Notes under the pieces: generated by a model
What the model saw: only the letters and a program-made list of their open reading frames with translations
The model's database searches: none
Told to the model about the DNA's origin: nothing
Program-made: the position numbers and the translations under genes
In this document: one piece after another, positions 46,827 to 57,062 of the stretch
Layout of the letters: every line of letters starts with the position of its first letter
Numbering within the stretch: position 1 is the stretch's first letter
IMG/VR virus record: IMGVR_UViG_3300037195_000370
Location: 1-59,022 of that record
DNA length: 59,022 nucleotides
Source of the DNA: a virus
Lineage: Duplodnaviria > Caudoviricetes
Direction: 5' to 3' (one strand)

Positions 46827-48106
46827 ACCAGAATTCCATAGTGATTGAACATTAGATCGTCGAACTTTTCATAGAGATTGGGATCAACAGCACCAGTCTC
46901 TGTTTGGACGTCGCCATTAGCGAGATTGATAACCCTGTTCGCAACTGCTTTCCGGTCGAACTGGATCAAAATATCACGGGCTGCGTCCTGGAAATTACGA
47001 GCCTGCATTGCAGACATATGGCTCGTCTCGAGAATGATGTCAGCGTAGTCCTGTGCATCAAGGGCATCATCGAGAGGAACGTAGTGCTCGTCCGGCTTGA
47101 ACAGGGTAGTCCCCATGCCTCGCTTGTGTGCAACAGGGATAGCGCCTCGGATCATTGCATCAACCGCCACTCGATTCCAGTGACCACCGATCTTACTGTA
47201 TTTCTTGGACCAGCTTGGGTCAACAAGAACGCGAGCCATTTGCAGCCATTCGTCCACGTCTTGGGTCGGCCAGTAGTCGTGATGAGTCATTCCGTTCTCT
47301 AAGGCAACTTCCCAGATCCTGCGAGTATGAAATGGCTTTTCTGGATCATCGTGGAAATAGGCAGGCTTGCACTTTTCCTCACTCGTCATGTATTGATATT
47401 CAATACCCTTACCAGCGATCTCGCGAAGTTCACCCGGCATCCTTGGTGGCATGTAGGCGATTGACCGAACAAGCTCGTGAACATGCTTCCAAGCCTTGAA
47501 AGTCTGCATGTTCACAAAGCCAGAATACTTATCTTCCCATGAAGTAAATTCGCGAATAGGATTGAACTGAGGGTTCACAACCAATGCTCGCGGAATGGGA
47601 AAGATTACAGCAGAATTGAGCGCACATTCATGAACACATGCAAGCCCAGAGAGATGTTCAGCAACATGATAGAGATGCAGAGCATTGCTCTTAGCATTGC
47701 CATCGTGAATGAAAGCAACCTGCTTGACTCTGGGCTCAAGATCATAAAGCTCGGGCCATTTGTCATTTCCGAGATGCTGTCTGTTTTTCGGTGGAACCGG
47801 AACCGTCCAGATGACAATATCGTAATGATTCAAGATATGCTTGGCATTCGCCAAACCAGCAGAAGTCTTATAGGAGAGACGCGCATGTTTGGGAAAGTTC
47901 CAGCCCTTTCCCTGAGCGAACGGAATTCCGCTTGGTCCTCGTTCGAAATTGCCAGATCGCTCCTGAGCTTGGGCATTATCGGCATAGACAAGTTCATAGA
48001 GATGAGCCTCGTGACCAAGATCAAGGAAGCCGCCAATCAACTGTTCAGTATGATTGATGATACCACCAAGATCCATGCACGAATGCAGCGCAACAGCTAT
48101 TTTCAT
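46823..48106 (-). CDS. GT-B (GT4-like) glycosyltransferase, putative DNA-modifying
   Basis: N-terminal LGGIINHTEQL...LGHEA; C-terminal VLVDPS...VDAMIRGAIPV; start MKIAVAL; overlaps the hydroxymethylase start. Confidence 0.8.
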   Translation of the reverse strand: MKIAVALHSCMDLGGIINHTEQLIGGFLDLGHEAHLYELVYADNAQAQERSGNFERGPSGIPFAQGKGWNFPKHARLSYKTSAGLANAKHILNHYDIVIWTVPVPPKNRQHLGNDKWPELYDLEPRVKQVAFIHDGNAKSNALHLYHVAEHLSGLACVHECALNSAVIFPIPRALVVNPQFNPIREFTSWEDKYSGFVNMQTFKAWKHVHELVRSIAYMPPRMPGELREIAGKGIEYQYMTSEEKCKPAYFHDDPEKPFHTRRIWEVALENGMTHHDYWPTQDVDEWLQMARVLVDPSWSKKYSKIGGHWNRVAVDAMIRGAIPVAHKRGMGTTLFKPDEHYVPLDDALDAQDYADIILETSHMSAMQARNFQDAARDILIQFDRKAVANRVINLANGDVQTETGAVDPNLYEKFDDLMFNHYGILV

Positions 48107-48140
48107 GATGAGCTCCAGGGTAAGCAGTATGCCCCACCAT

Positions 48141-48169
48141 AGCGGCAGGACATACAAAAGACAATTATC
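48141..48169 (-). promoter_or_regulatory. sigma70-like promoter for the GT-hydroxymethylase operon
   Basis: TTGTCT-N17-TATGGT; coordinates approximate. Confidence 0.55.
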
Positions 48170-48424
48170 GTTTTGTCTTGTGTGCTCCTTTTATTATCGA
48201 GTAAACGATAATTATCGGAAGGAGCGGACCGATCATTAGAAAAGAGAGAAGAGCGACTAGCCAGTGCATCTTGGGCTTCAAACCGGCTCTAACTTGACGA
48301 TTATACCATTCTAGAAAGAACGCGAAAACCGCAAGCCAGTAGATCGTTATCCAGAAAACCCATGAATTAAATTCGAACACGATACTTGCTCCTCGGTTTT
48401 CCTTGCCCAAGACGAACACGTTCA
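48165..48424 (-). CDS. Small membrane protein (start uncertain)
   Basis: Two TM helices (WVFWITIYWLAVFAFF; LVALLSFLMIGPLLPIIIVY); no in-frame ATG next to the upstream stop. Confidence 0.45.
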
Positions 48425-49251
48425 TATTTGTCGAACTCACAAAGACCGAATTGAATGTCTGTGGGTGACAAAGTGAAATCGTGTTCAAAGAAAGCTTCTT
48501 GCATCTTTGTCATCTCCATGATTAGATCGAAAGCTTTCTGATTCTTCACAGGCTTGGCTTCGTCGTCTCCGAGAATACGGGCTGCTCCTCGCAATGCTCC
48601 TGGACCGATAGGGGTCCACTCGTTCCAGTCCTTTGGCAAGGATTTATTGTCGTAATACTTGTATGACCAGAAACCAGTGTAGGTCGTATCCAAAAGGATC
48701 TCTTTGGTCATGAATCCCGTGCCGCCAAAGCCTTGGATTTTCATCATCCGCTTGGCGACCTGTTCCCATGACTGAGTTGTCTGTGCCAGCTTTACGATCT
48801 CCGGCGTCGCTTGCCACAAAGCCTTGAGAAAGTGATGGACCACCACTTCTTGTTTCGGAGCAGAGATACCTTGATTTGTGATGACATACGCGCCCGTGAA
48901 TACTCTTTCACGATTTTCTAGCCTTTCAGCAGCTACTTCTTCTATGTAATTGAAACAGAAGTTATCATAGTCATGCCACCCAATAGCATTTGCGAATTCC
49001 CAGGTTCCGAAATACCTGAAAGTCGCACAATTCATGAGTATGGAACGACGGTCATCATGATATTTTGGCGTGTAGAATAGTTCCCTCAGCTTCATGCTTG
49101 TTCGATCGTGTTCTCGACGAACATTGGTGAATTTATAGGTCTGGAGAATAGGATCTTCAGTCCACGGAAAAGAATCGCCCGCCTCCTTTCGAAGGCGGAC
49201 GTTCTCACGTTCGTTCAGGTAATCGAAGAACGCATTCACGCGATTAAGCAT
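48367..49251 (-). CDS. aGPT-Pplase1 family protein (alpha-glutamyl/putrescinyl thymine pyrophosphorylase clade 1)
   Basis: ERENVR...PWTEDPILQTYKFTNVRREHDR, FTGAY, GPGALRG and LCEFDKYER. Confidence 0.88.
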   Translation of the reverse strand: MLNRVNAFFDYLNERENVRLRKEAGDSFPWTEDPILQTYKFTNVRREHDRTSMKLRELFYTPKYHDDRRSILMNCATFRYFGTWEFANAIGWHDYDNFCFNYIEEVAAERLENRERVFTGAYVITNQGISAPKQEVVVHHFLKALWQATPEIVKLAQTTQSWEQVAKRMMKIQGFGGTGFMTKEILLDTTYTGFWSYKYYDNKSLPKDWNEWTPIGPGALRGAARILGDDEAKPVKNQKAFDLIMEMTKMQEAFFEHDFTLSPTDIQFGLCEFDKYERVRLGQGKPRSKYRVRI

Positions 49252-49253
49252 GA

Positions 49254-49940
49254 TCAGGAAGCCTCGGCAGCCTCTTTCGCGGCCTTAGCAGCCTCTTTCT
49301 CTTTCTTTTTAGCCTCACGAGCGGCTTCACGTTCGGCCTTGGCCTTGGCGCGCTCTTCAGCTTTCCGAAGTTTCGCCGTTTCCGGATCTTCGCGACCGTG
49401 CTTCTTGAACCATTCAGCACGACGTTGGGCATACTCTTCGTCAGTGGGTTGCACGACTTCGACGTAGCCTTGCTTCTCCCAATTGAAGATATCCCAATCG
49501 CAGGTTCCCTCGCCTTCAATCGCTTCGATAACCATCATGCCGTCGCGATAATTACCGGAGCGATGAGAACGGTCCTCTTCCCCATCAAACGGCTTGATGA
49601 TTTTCATAACGCTGAACATCTTGCGAGTCGGACGCTTGACGTGGCGAGCTTCGCACGGCTTCGCGAGTTTGCGCTCTTTCGGTTCTTTCTTAACCTTACC
49701 TTTCTTAGCCTTGGGCTTTTCTTCGTCTTCGTCCGCAGACTCTTGATACTTCTGGAGAGCTTTCATCGTTTGCTCAACAGCAGTCTCGTGGTCTTTGAAC
49801 TGTTTAACAGCGGCTACTCCAAGATTGGAAGCGATCAGGTTGCGCAGTTCCAGCAGATCTTCATCGGGCATGCCTTCGAGATCAGCTTTGGTGTAGCTCT
49901 TGTCCAGGAATTGAATTGCTTCGGTCATAAGTGACTCCAT
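49254..49940 (-). CDS. Hypothetical charged protein leading the modification operon
   Basis: GGAG SD; upstream TTGCGG-N17-TAATAT; Lys/Glu/Ala-rich tail; no P-loop. Confidence 0.75.
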   Translation of the reverse strand: MESLMTEAIQFLDKSYTKADLEGMPDEDLLELRNLIASNLGVAAVKQFKDHETAVEQTMKALQKYQESADEDEEKPKAKKGKVKKEPKERKLAKPCEARHVKRPTRKMFSVMKIIKPFDGEEDRSHRSGNYRDGMMVIEAIEGEGTCDWDIFNWEKQGYVEVVQPTDEEYAQRRAEWFKKHGREDPETAKLRKAEERAKAKAEREAAREAKKKEKEAAKAAKEAAEAS

Positions 49941-50037
49941 TTCTCCGATATTTGTGGTCGCTGCTTGCGGCCAATACTCGAATATTAGCTATTCAAAGTT
50001 CAGACCGCAAGCATTATTTTTCCACCACTGGAAATTT

Positions 50038-51855
50038 TTATTCGTCGGCACAAGCGCCGGTTCGTTGACCGGTCTCGGGATCCCACCCACAGGCTTCTAC
50101 CAAACTCTCTTCCTTACTGGCGGACTTGATAGGCTCATCGTATTTGTCTGCCGGACGATAGGTAGTGCAGCCTTTCGCCCCACCTTCATACGCCATCAAA
50201 TACAGATCTTTGAAGTCATTGAAAGAGAAGTTCGCTGGAACATTCACGGTCTTTGAGCAAGCCGAGTCGATGTGCATCTGGGCAGTAGTGAGCACACCGA
50301 TATGTTCCGCAGCAGTGATTTCTCCGCTAACGACAGTCCTTCCACGAACACCGAGATATTCTACACCATAGTCGGGAACGACCACCTTCCGAGTCCCACC
50401 AGGAACGATAATCGTCCTCGCCTGCTTATAATCTAGGACTGGCTCAATGCCAGAGGATACGTTATCAGCAGTGAAGGAGATAGTGCCTGTCGGAGCAATG
50501 GAAGTGAGATGACTATTGCGAATACCATACTTCTTGATCATATCTTTGGTCTCATCCCAAAGACCTTCGATAAATCGAGAAGCCATATATCGATCTTCAT
50601 CGTAAAGCGGGAAGCTGCCCTTTTCTCGTGCGAGATTTGCAGAAGCCTGATAACATTTGTTCGTGATGAACGACATGATCTCTTCTTGCTTCTGCAGAAA
50701 CTTGACAGAACCGTAAGGGAAACCCATGGCCTCCAGAGCGTTAGCTACTCCGGTGTGACCGAGACCCATCCGCCTCTTCCTTTGGGCTTCCAACTTCTGC
50801 TGAGGAAGTGGATAACGGCTACGATCAACAACATTGTCCATCGCTCGAACAACGTGCGGGATATCAGCCTCGATTTGATCATAGTCAAACCAATATTTCC
50901 CATCAGCGTCTTTCTTGAGATATTTCACCCAATTGAAGCTGCCCAAGAGACAAGCGCCATAGGGAGGGAGAGGCTGTTCACCACATGGATTAGTTGCAGC
51001 GATCGTTTCACAGTAATAGAGATTATTCATCTCATTGATACGATCAATGAATAGGACACCCGGCTCTGCCCAATCGTAAGTCCCTCGCATAATCATGTCC
51101 CATAGAGCATGGGGATCGACTTCGCGATAGACCTTACCGCCGAATTGAAGAGGGAACGGTTTTCCAGAAGCGAGACACTCTATGAACTTGTCGGTAACAG
51201 CGATCGACATGTTGAAGCCGCGAAGAGGACGATATTCCCATGGGATAGAATCGTCATTGATCTGTTTAGCCCGAATGAAGGCTTCAATATCGGGATGATC
51301 AATGCGCATGACTAGCATCTGTGCGCCGCGTCTGTTGCCCGCAGAGGACGTCGCGCGGCATACAGCATCATATATAGGGGCAAAGGCAAGAGGACCATCT
51401 GTGGTGCTCTGAACGCCCCTGATGATGTCTCCAGAGGGCCGCAACGGGCTGATGTCGTAGCCCACACCGCCGCCCTGACGCATGGTGATTGCAGCGTTCT
51501 TAGCTGTGTCCATGATGCTAAGAGGAGCGTGTGACCCAGGAGGGAGAGCTTTGAGTTCTTCTCTTGTTGGTCCGTCTGTGAAACTATCGTGGATAGTTGC
51601 CATGACGAAACAATTATAGAGAGTGACGTTTTTCAGAGATCCAGCACCAGCTTGAACTCGTCCAGGAGGCATGAAACGCTGATACAGGCTGATATCACGA
51701 AAAGCCATGTAGTGTTCGTGATTATCTTGCAGAAATCCAGACCATCGATTCGCCGCTTCTCGAAAATCTTCGTTTTCGCCGCGATATTTTTCTGCGTGAA
51801 CTAGATCGCAGTCTGGGTTCTTTGGACCATACATTCGTCTTGTCTCCTGATTCAT
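50038..51855 (-). CDS. nrdJ: Class II (B12-dependent) ribonucleotide reductase
   Basis: TNPCGEQPL, IAPTGTIS and SSGIEP; no beta-subunit gene in the genome. Confidence 0.9.
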   Translation of the reverse strand: MNQETRRMYGPKNPDCDLVHAEKYRGENEDFREAANRWSGFLQDNHEHYMAFRDISLYQRFMPPGRVQAGAGSLKNVTLYNCFVMATIHDSFTDGPTREELKALPPGSHAPLSIMDTAKNAAITMRQGGGVGYDISPLRPSGDIIRGVQSTTDGPLAFAPIYDAVCRATSSAGNRRGAQMLVMRIDHPDIEAFIRAKQINDDSIPWEYRPLRGFNMSIAVTDKFIECLASGKPFPLQFGGKVYREVDPHALWDMIMRGTYDWAEPGVLFIDRINEMNNLYYCETIAATNPCGEQPLPPYGACLLGSFNWVKYLKKDADGKYWFDYDQIEADIPHVVRAMDNVVDRSRYPLPQQKLEAQRKRRMGLGHTGVANALEAMGFPYGSVKFLQKQEEIMSFITNKCYQASANLAREKGSFPLYDEDRYMASRFIEGLWDETKDMIKKYGIRNSHLTSIAPTGTISFTADNVSSGIEPVLDYKQARTIIVPGGTRKVVVPDYGVEYLGVRGRTVVSGEITAAEHIGVLTTAQMHIDSACSKTVNVPANFSFNDFKDLYLMAYEGGAKGCTTYRPADKYDEPIKSASKEESLVEACGWDPETGQRTGACADE

Positions 51856-51865
51856 CAGATTTTTC

Positions 51866-53116
51866 CTAGCTGTGCATATCTACGACGGTTATCCTTTCGG
51901 CTGCTCTCGTGATAGCCGTATAAAGCCAGCGCCTTCTTTCTTTCTTTGGACCCCAACTTTCATCAAATACACAGACGCTGTCCCATTGAGAACCTTGTGA
52001 TTTGTGGACTGTCAGAGCATATCCATAATCAAATTCTTGACCTTCTGACCTAAGCCAGTATTGGGTATCAAGCTCTTTCCCTCTACCGAGAAAATGCTGT
52101 TCAAGAGCAGCAACCTCGATATCCCCGGAAAGAGGATTATCTTGAGAACGGATATTCATGTGGACTTTTCCGTCCATGACACCATCAACGCCAGTGACGT
52201 TGAAAATAGCACCATTTAGCAAGCCTAACTCAGCGTTATTTCTTAGGCAAACTAAACGATCCCCGACCACGGGATATTCGTCATCAAAGTTGAGAAATTG
52301 ACGAACTCGCTTATTCATAGCTGATCGTGTCTTATTCTTACCCACGAGAAGCTGGTCGTATGATAGAACTTCTTCTTGAGAAAGCTTTGTCCCATAGGGG
52401 TGGACTGAGCAACCTTCACCCCAATCACCGAACTGTAATTCATTCCCTAGCCTGACTTCTGTAGCCATTCTAAGAATTGGGCTCTCTTTGGCTTGTCTGT
52501 GGATCTCGTCAAGCATTATGTCTGGGGTGACATTTTCGGTGAAATACCCGGCAGCACCAACAGGGGGAAGTTGAGCAGGATCACCCAAGACGAGAATGGG
52601 AGTTCCAAAGCTGAGAAGGTCTTGCCCCATGGAGGAGTCGACCATTGAACATTCGTCTATGATTACAAGAGGAGCGTTACGAACTTCGCTTTCTGTATTC
52701 AAAACGAACATTGGCTGATTGGCGTTTCTCGCTTCTTCGGCTATCTCTCTTTCAAGCGATCTAACTTTTGGGTGATTTTCGATGTATTCTTGCTTCATGT
52801 CTTCTAATGAAACAAGAAGTTCAGCCAGTTCGATCTTTAGTTCTTCAAGACGTTTCTTGCTTTTATCACGACTTCTATAAATCAGAGAGTGGATCGTAGA
52901 AGCGTTGGTGCATCCTTTGGTCTGCAGAACGTGCGCCGCTTTGCCAGTGTAAGCGGCGAACAAGACATCTTCACCGATGTTTTCTGCTAGATATTTTGCG
53001 AGAGTAGTTTTGCCCGTTCCTGCATACCCAAAGAGGTGAAATACCTGCTTATCGCCATTACGATACCAGTCATTCGCCGCTTTTAGTGCAGCTTCTTGCT
53101 GAGGACTAAATTTCAT
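51866..53116 (-). CDS. RecD/Dda-like SF1B helicase
   Basis: GYAGTGKT, IIDECSM, GDPAQLPPV, HKSQGSQW and YTAITRA. Confidence 0.92.
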   Translation of the reverse strand: MKFSPQQEAALKAANDWYRNGDKQVFHLFGYAGTGKTTLAKYLAENIGEDVLFAAYTGKAAHVLQTKGCTNASTIHSLIYRSRDKSKKRLEELKIELAELLVSLEDMKQEYIENHPKVRSLEREIAEEARNANQPMFVLNTESEVRNAPLVIIDECSMVDSSMGQDLLSFGTPILVLGDPAQLPPVGAAGYFTENVTPDIMLDEIHRQAKESPILRMATEVRLGNELQFGDWGEGCSVHPYGTKLSQEEVLSYDQLLVGKNKTRSAMNKRVRQFLNFDDEYPVVGDRLVCLRNNAELGLLNGAIFNVTGVDGVMDGKVHMNIRSQDNPLSGDIEVAALEQHFLGRGKELDTQYWLRSEGQEFDYGYALTVHKSQGSQWDSVCVFDESWGPKKERRRWLYTAITRAAERITVVDMHS

Positions 53117-53196
53117 GTGGACTCCAGATTTTGTGGGCGGCGACAAGGTTAAGATAATGAGTCAAACCATGTCGCCACCCTACCGTTCCGCCTGGA

Positions 53197-54045
53197 TCAG
53201 AACGGTATCTCTTCGCCCGATTCCTTGCTGTTGCTGCTGGCATTGTCGTCAGACTGACTTGCGCTATCGAAATCAGCGCGAGCCAAACCACTTTCAATCA
53301 TCTCAGCGAACTCTTTGGCTTCTTTCAGAAGTGCCTGACCTTCCGGCGTTCCCGGATTGATCAAGGACTCTCGCCAAGTCGAAGCAAAAGGAGCGATGCT
53401 ATAGTTGTAGAAAGTTCCAGATTCGTTCTTCTGCTTAACAGTCGAGATCTTGCAGCGGTTAGCAAAGATCGGAGGACGACCTTTCTGCGTGTAGAGCGCA
53501 GTCATCCAATCCTTGTAAACCTTGATCTTGGTAGAGCTGAACGACAGAACACAGTATCCTTCGATGCTGTTGCCTTCTTCGTTCATGGTCAGACAATAGA
53601 CATAGTAGGTCTCGACCAAGTCATTGCCTTCGGGAGATTTGAACGGAATGCGTTTCCCATCAGCATCTTTGGGCGGAATACGGGAACCACCGTTCTTCTT
53701 GATTGCTTCCAAGAAGATCTCGCTATCTACTTCATGACGAGCGACAAGACCGCCACCTTTGGTCCGAGGCTTCCATTCTACGATAGCTGCTTCTTTATAA
53801 ACAGGAATGACCGGAACCGGCTGCTTCAAAATCTCCTTTGTCACAGAGTTGACGAGATCACCCGGTTTGCATCCCTCAATAGTCTCATCCTCTACCTCTG
53901 GCGAGTTAGATTGCAGAACATTGAGAAACGGAATTGAGAGATCGTCAAGTTTCGTATCTTCAAAACCGTAGTGAGAATATTCTCCGTAGTCGAAAGCTTC
54001 AGAGACTTGTGTATTCTCAGTGTTTGCTACTTCATTCTTTGCCAT
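53197..54045 (-). CDS. Putative ssDNA-binding / recombination protein
   Basis: IPFLNVLQSNSPEV motif and acidic tail ending EEIPF. Confidence 0.6.
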   Translation of the reverse strand: MAKNEVANTENTQVSEAFDYGEYSHYGFEDTKLDDLSIPFLNVLQSNSPEVEDETIEGCKPGDLVNSVTKEILKQPVPVIPVYKEAAIVEWKPRTKGGGLVARHEVDSEIFLEAIKKNGGSRIPPKDADGKRIPFKSPEGNDLVETYYVYCLTMNEEGNSIEGYCVLSFSSTKIKVYKDWMTALYTQKGRPPIFANRCKISTVKQKNESGTFYNYSIAPFASTWRESLINPGTPEGQALLKEAKEFAEMIESGLARADFDSASQSDDNASSNSKESGEEIPF

Positions 54046-54113
54046 TGTATAGGCTCCTAGCTGATAGTTGATCGACCAGCGGTCATCCCCAACACTATCC
54101 TAGTTGGGCAGGA

Positions 54114-54668
54114 TTACAATTCTTTGACTTTCGCAATTCTTTGCCTAAAGATGCCGAATACGTCAACAGGCAAAGAAATTCCCTCGGATAGTTGTTCTTT
54201 CACCCAAGAGTTGAGGGTAGCGTGATGCACTGTGAAGTTCGTCTTTACGACCAGCGTTCCTAGATCTGATTCTAGTTCTTTCACTGCTTTGAGAAATGCT
54301 TCACACCGCTTTGTGTCACCTTTCGCAAACTCAACAATCACTTGTCGTTTTACGATGTGACCATATCCATTTTCGTCTAGCCATTGTATCGCAGGATTGC
54401 GTTTTTCTCCAGCGATACTGCTACGAATTTCTTCTTTGATTTGAAGTTCTCTACCATCACCAAGATCGAATTTGCCATCCATTCCTTCGGTGGCTTGAGG
54501 AATTCGAACCTCTGCGATGTCTTTCTTCCTAGCTTTTGCGACTTCCAGCTCTTTCTCTTTCTGGGCTACCTCTGCTTCAGCGGCGAGATATTCATCAGCA
54601 AGAGAACGAAGCACGGATTTGAAATTATCGCCGGGTTCACTGCGGAACGCCGCGTAGTCGTCTGTCAT
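54114..54668 (-). CDS. Conserved hypothetical replication-region protein
   Basis: AIQWLDENGYGHIVK; VHHATLNSWVKE. Confidence 0.75.
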   Translation of the reverse strand: MTDDYAAFRSEPGDNFKSVLRSLADEYLAAEAEVAQKEKELEVAKARKKDIAEVRIPQATEGMDGKFDLGDGRELQIKEEIRSSIAGEKRNPAIQWLDENGYGHIVKRQVIVEFAKGDTKRCEAFLKAVKELESDLGTLVVKTNFTVHHATLNSWVKEQLSEGISLPVDVFGIFRQRIAKVKEL

Positions 54669-54802
54669 AAAAACCTCCAGGCGGTTTTATTTGGTCGGGC
54701 TTATTTAGACACGCTATCCAGACTGCGGCCGAAGCCTTGCGTGTGGTCCTAGGTGGCCTGACCACGTTACCAGCTAGCAGCCAAAAGACAAGCGGTATTT
54801 GT

Positions 54803-55147
54803 CTAATATATCTTCGCCTTAATTTCTGTATATTCCCCGTGTCTTCCGCTCCACTGAAGGAATTTCACTCTTCCTTCATTGTAGTATGCAGCTAGAGCGG
54901 TTGACATGCCGATAAGTCCTGGATTTCCTATCAAAAGAAGATAATCATCATCATTGAATCCAGAAAGCTTTTCATGGAGATCACCCAAGACAAGATCAGG
55001 GTTGAACGGGTGAGCACTAGGCGAAAGAAGATAGACTATCTCTCCCCATTTTTCAGCTTTATTGATCGATGTGAATCTAGGAACAAGCTGACCTTTCGTC
55101 TGATCGAACTTCATCTGCTGTTGGACTACATAGACAGTCATATCCAT
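54803..55147 (-). CDS. Conserved hypothetical protein
   Basis: VYVVQ...AEKWGE...DDYLLLIGNP. Confidence 0.75.
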   Translation of the reverse strand: MDMTVYVVQQQMKFDQTKGQLVPRFTSINKAEKWGEIVYLLSPSAHPFNPDLVLGDLHEKLSGFNDDDYLLLIGNPGLIGMSTALAAYYNEGRVKFLQWSGRHGEYTEIKAKIY

Positions 55148-56613
55148 TCCTTCATATCATCACCTAGTATCTCTACTGATACCTGTTTCTTATTCCTCAA
55201 ATTAGTAACGATATGATTATCAATATCAAGATCACTCATAATATCGATGTAATTCACTGGATGCTCATCCATTCCTCCGCGATGAGCCCTGTCCTCAGAT
55301 TGAAGACGATCAATAAGTTTGAAACTGTTGCTGTAATATACGACAGTCTTAGCTTGAGTCAGAGTGAGACCCGACCCTCCCTTTTGGGCGTTCCCGACGA
55401 ACCATTTATACTCACCTCTTTGAAATGCCAGTTTATTTCTCTCTGCTGTATCATCATCGACAGCACCATCATAGCGACAAGCTTTGTCGCCCAGCATTTT
55501 CATTATCTGATCAATGTCGTGTCTGAACCTTGCCCAAATGATGCCCTGACCATGCGTCTCGGAGTCGATTTGATCTAAGACGGCCAGCCTTGGGTTTTTC
55601 TCTGAGAACATGTGAACAGGCTCGTCTTCACCTGTCGGAACATAGTTGCAAGAGATTTGCTGCAATCGCAGAAGCATCACGATAGGCAGTTCAGCGGTGA
55701 TCATAGAATCACCGATTTCAATCATCATCTCTTCTTTTATAGTTTCGTATGCAGACCTCATTTCACGCGAAGCTTCGAAGTATCGTTTCTGGTATAGCTT
55801 CGGAGGCAGATCAAGAACCTCATCTTTCACAACGCGATCTGAGATCTCACTCAACCATTCTGAAAGCTTATCAAGATTTTGATATTCAATCAGTTTGTCA
55901 TAGCCTGGATCATAGCCGTGTAGTCTCTGACAATCAGCACGAGTGAACCATCGCCCAAAGAAGTTGCGAAATTCAACTGATCCATGAATGCCTTTGTTCT
56001 TCCAGAAGAACTCGTCAAGAAATCTGATCTGGCTGTAAAGATCAAATGGACCGACAGAGATTGGAGTTCCGGTCAAGATTCTTTTATATTTCGCATAACG
56101 ACCAGCAGCTATGAGACTTTTCGTTCTCTTCGCATTGGGCGTCTTGATGTTGTGGGCTTCATCAAGAACCATCAGAGTTTTTCTGCTTTTGAGAAATTTC
56201 CAGCAGAGTTCTTTACCTTCTTTAGTCATGAAGGCATTGTAGCTAATCAGCAAAATAGACAGGCCGTCGTGAGGGAACAGGCTTTGCATGGCTCGCTTGT
56301 GCGCCTGAGTTCCCTTCTTGGCTGTCCTGAATACTTGAACGATAGTATCAAGAGCGATGTCTGGTGGAATGTGCTTTGGGATTTCGTCAGTATTCCAGTT
56401 TCGTTCAACTCCCGGAGGAGCAACGACAATCATACCGTCAATCTCGCCGGCCTGATAAAGAATAGCGGCTGTGTCAATAATCGGCTTCGTCTTTGCCGTC
56501 CCTTGTTCCCACAACAGCCCCCAAGACTTGCGAGTGAGATTATTCTCTAGGTGCTTCCTCTGATGCTGAAACGGTTTTACTTGATGTTCGTAGTTATTGA
56601 GTATATCTAACAT
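55138..56613 (-). CDS. SNF2-like SF2 helicase
   Basis: EQGTAKT, DEAH, LTGTP, GLTLT and QSEDRAHR. Confidence 0.92.
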   Translation of the reverse strand: MLDILNNYEHQVKPFQHQRKHLENNLTRKSWGLLWEQGTAKTKPIIDTAAILYQAGEIDGMIVVAPPGVERNWNTDEIPKHIPPDIALDTIVQVFRTAKKGTQAHKRAMQSLFPHDGLSILLISYNAFMTKEGKELCWKFLKSRKTLMVLDEAHNIKTPNAKRTKSLIAAGRYAKYKRILTGTPISVGPFDLYSQIRFLDEFFWKNKGIHGSVEFRNFFGRWFTRADCQRLHGYDPGYDKLIEYQNLDKLSEWLSEISDRVVKDEVLDLPPKLYQKRYFEASREMRSAYETIKEEMMIEIGDSMITAELPIVMLLRLQQISCNYVPTGEDEPVHMFSEKNPRLAVLDQIDSETHGQGIIWARFRHDIDQIMKMLGDKACRYDGAVDDDTAERNKLAFQRGEYKWFVGNAQKGGSGLTLTQAKTVVYYSNSFKLIDRLQSEDRAHRGGMDEHPVNYIDIMSDLDIDNHIVTNLRNKKQVSVEILGDDMKEWI

Positions 56614-57062
56614 TGTTTCTCCTTTTCTAGCAGAGCGATCATTCTGATTGCAGTTTCTTTGACGATATGATGATGTTCTTCTAAGTGTAGCCCAAGAGGG
56701 AACTTCCTGCCATCAGAAATCTCCAAGACACAGGGCACTCTTTTTCTTCTTTCGTTGTTCACTTTGTGGGTGACTAATCTCAAGTTATCGATCCTGTTAT
56801 TGGAAGGATCTCCATCAATGTGATCAATCACCAAATGCTTATCCGGCCAATATCCATTATAAGCGAACCAAACTATATGCGAGACTTGTTTTCTAACACC
56901 TCTTATCGATGCTTGCCTTCTAAGACCGTAGATATCAACGGTTCCAACAAGATCACCAGCTTTCACATGAGGAGGAAAAGAAACTTTCCAAACTGGATTC
57001 TCAGTGAAGTCGATCAAGGAGCGAATTTCTGCGACAGTTATGTCAGGATTTTTGCGTGCCAT
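56607..57062 (-). CDS. HNH endonuclease
   Basis: IDHIDGDPSNNRIDNLRLVTHKVN. Confidence 0.88.
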   Translation of the reverse strand: MARKNPDITVAEIRSLIDFTENPVWKVSFPPHVKAGDLVGTVDIYGLRRQASIRGVRKQVSHIVWFAYNGYWPDKHLVIDHIDGDPSNNRIDNLRLVTHKVNNERRKRVPCVLEISDGRKFPLGLHLEEHHHIVKETAIRMIALLEKEKQC

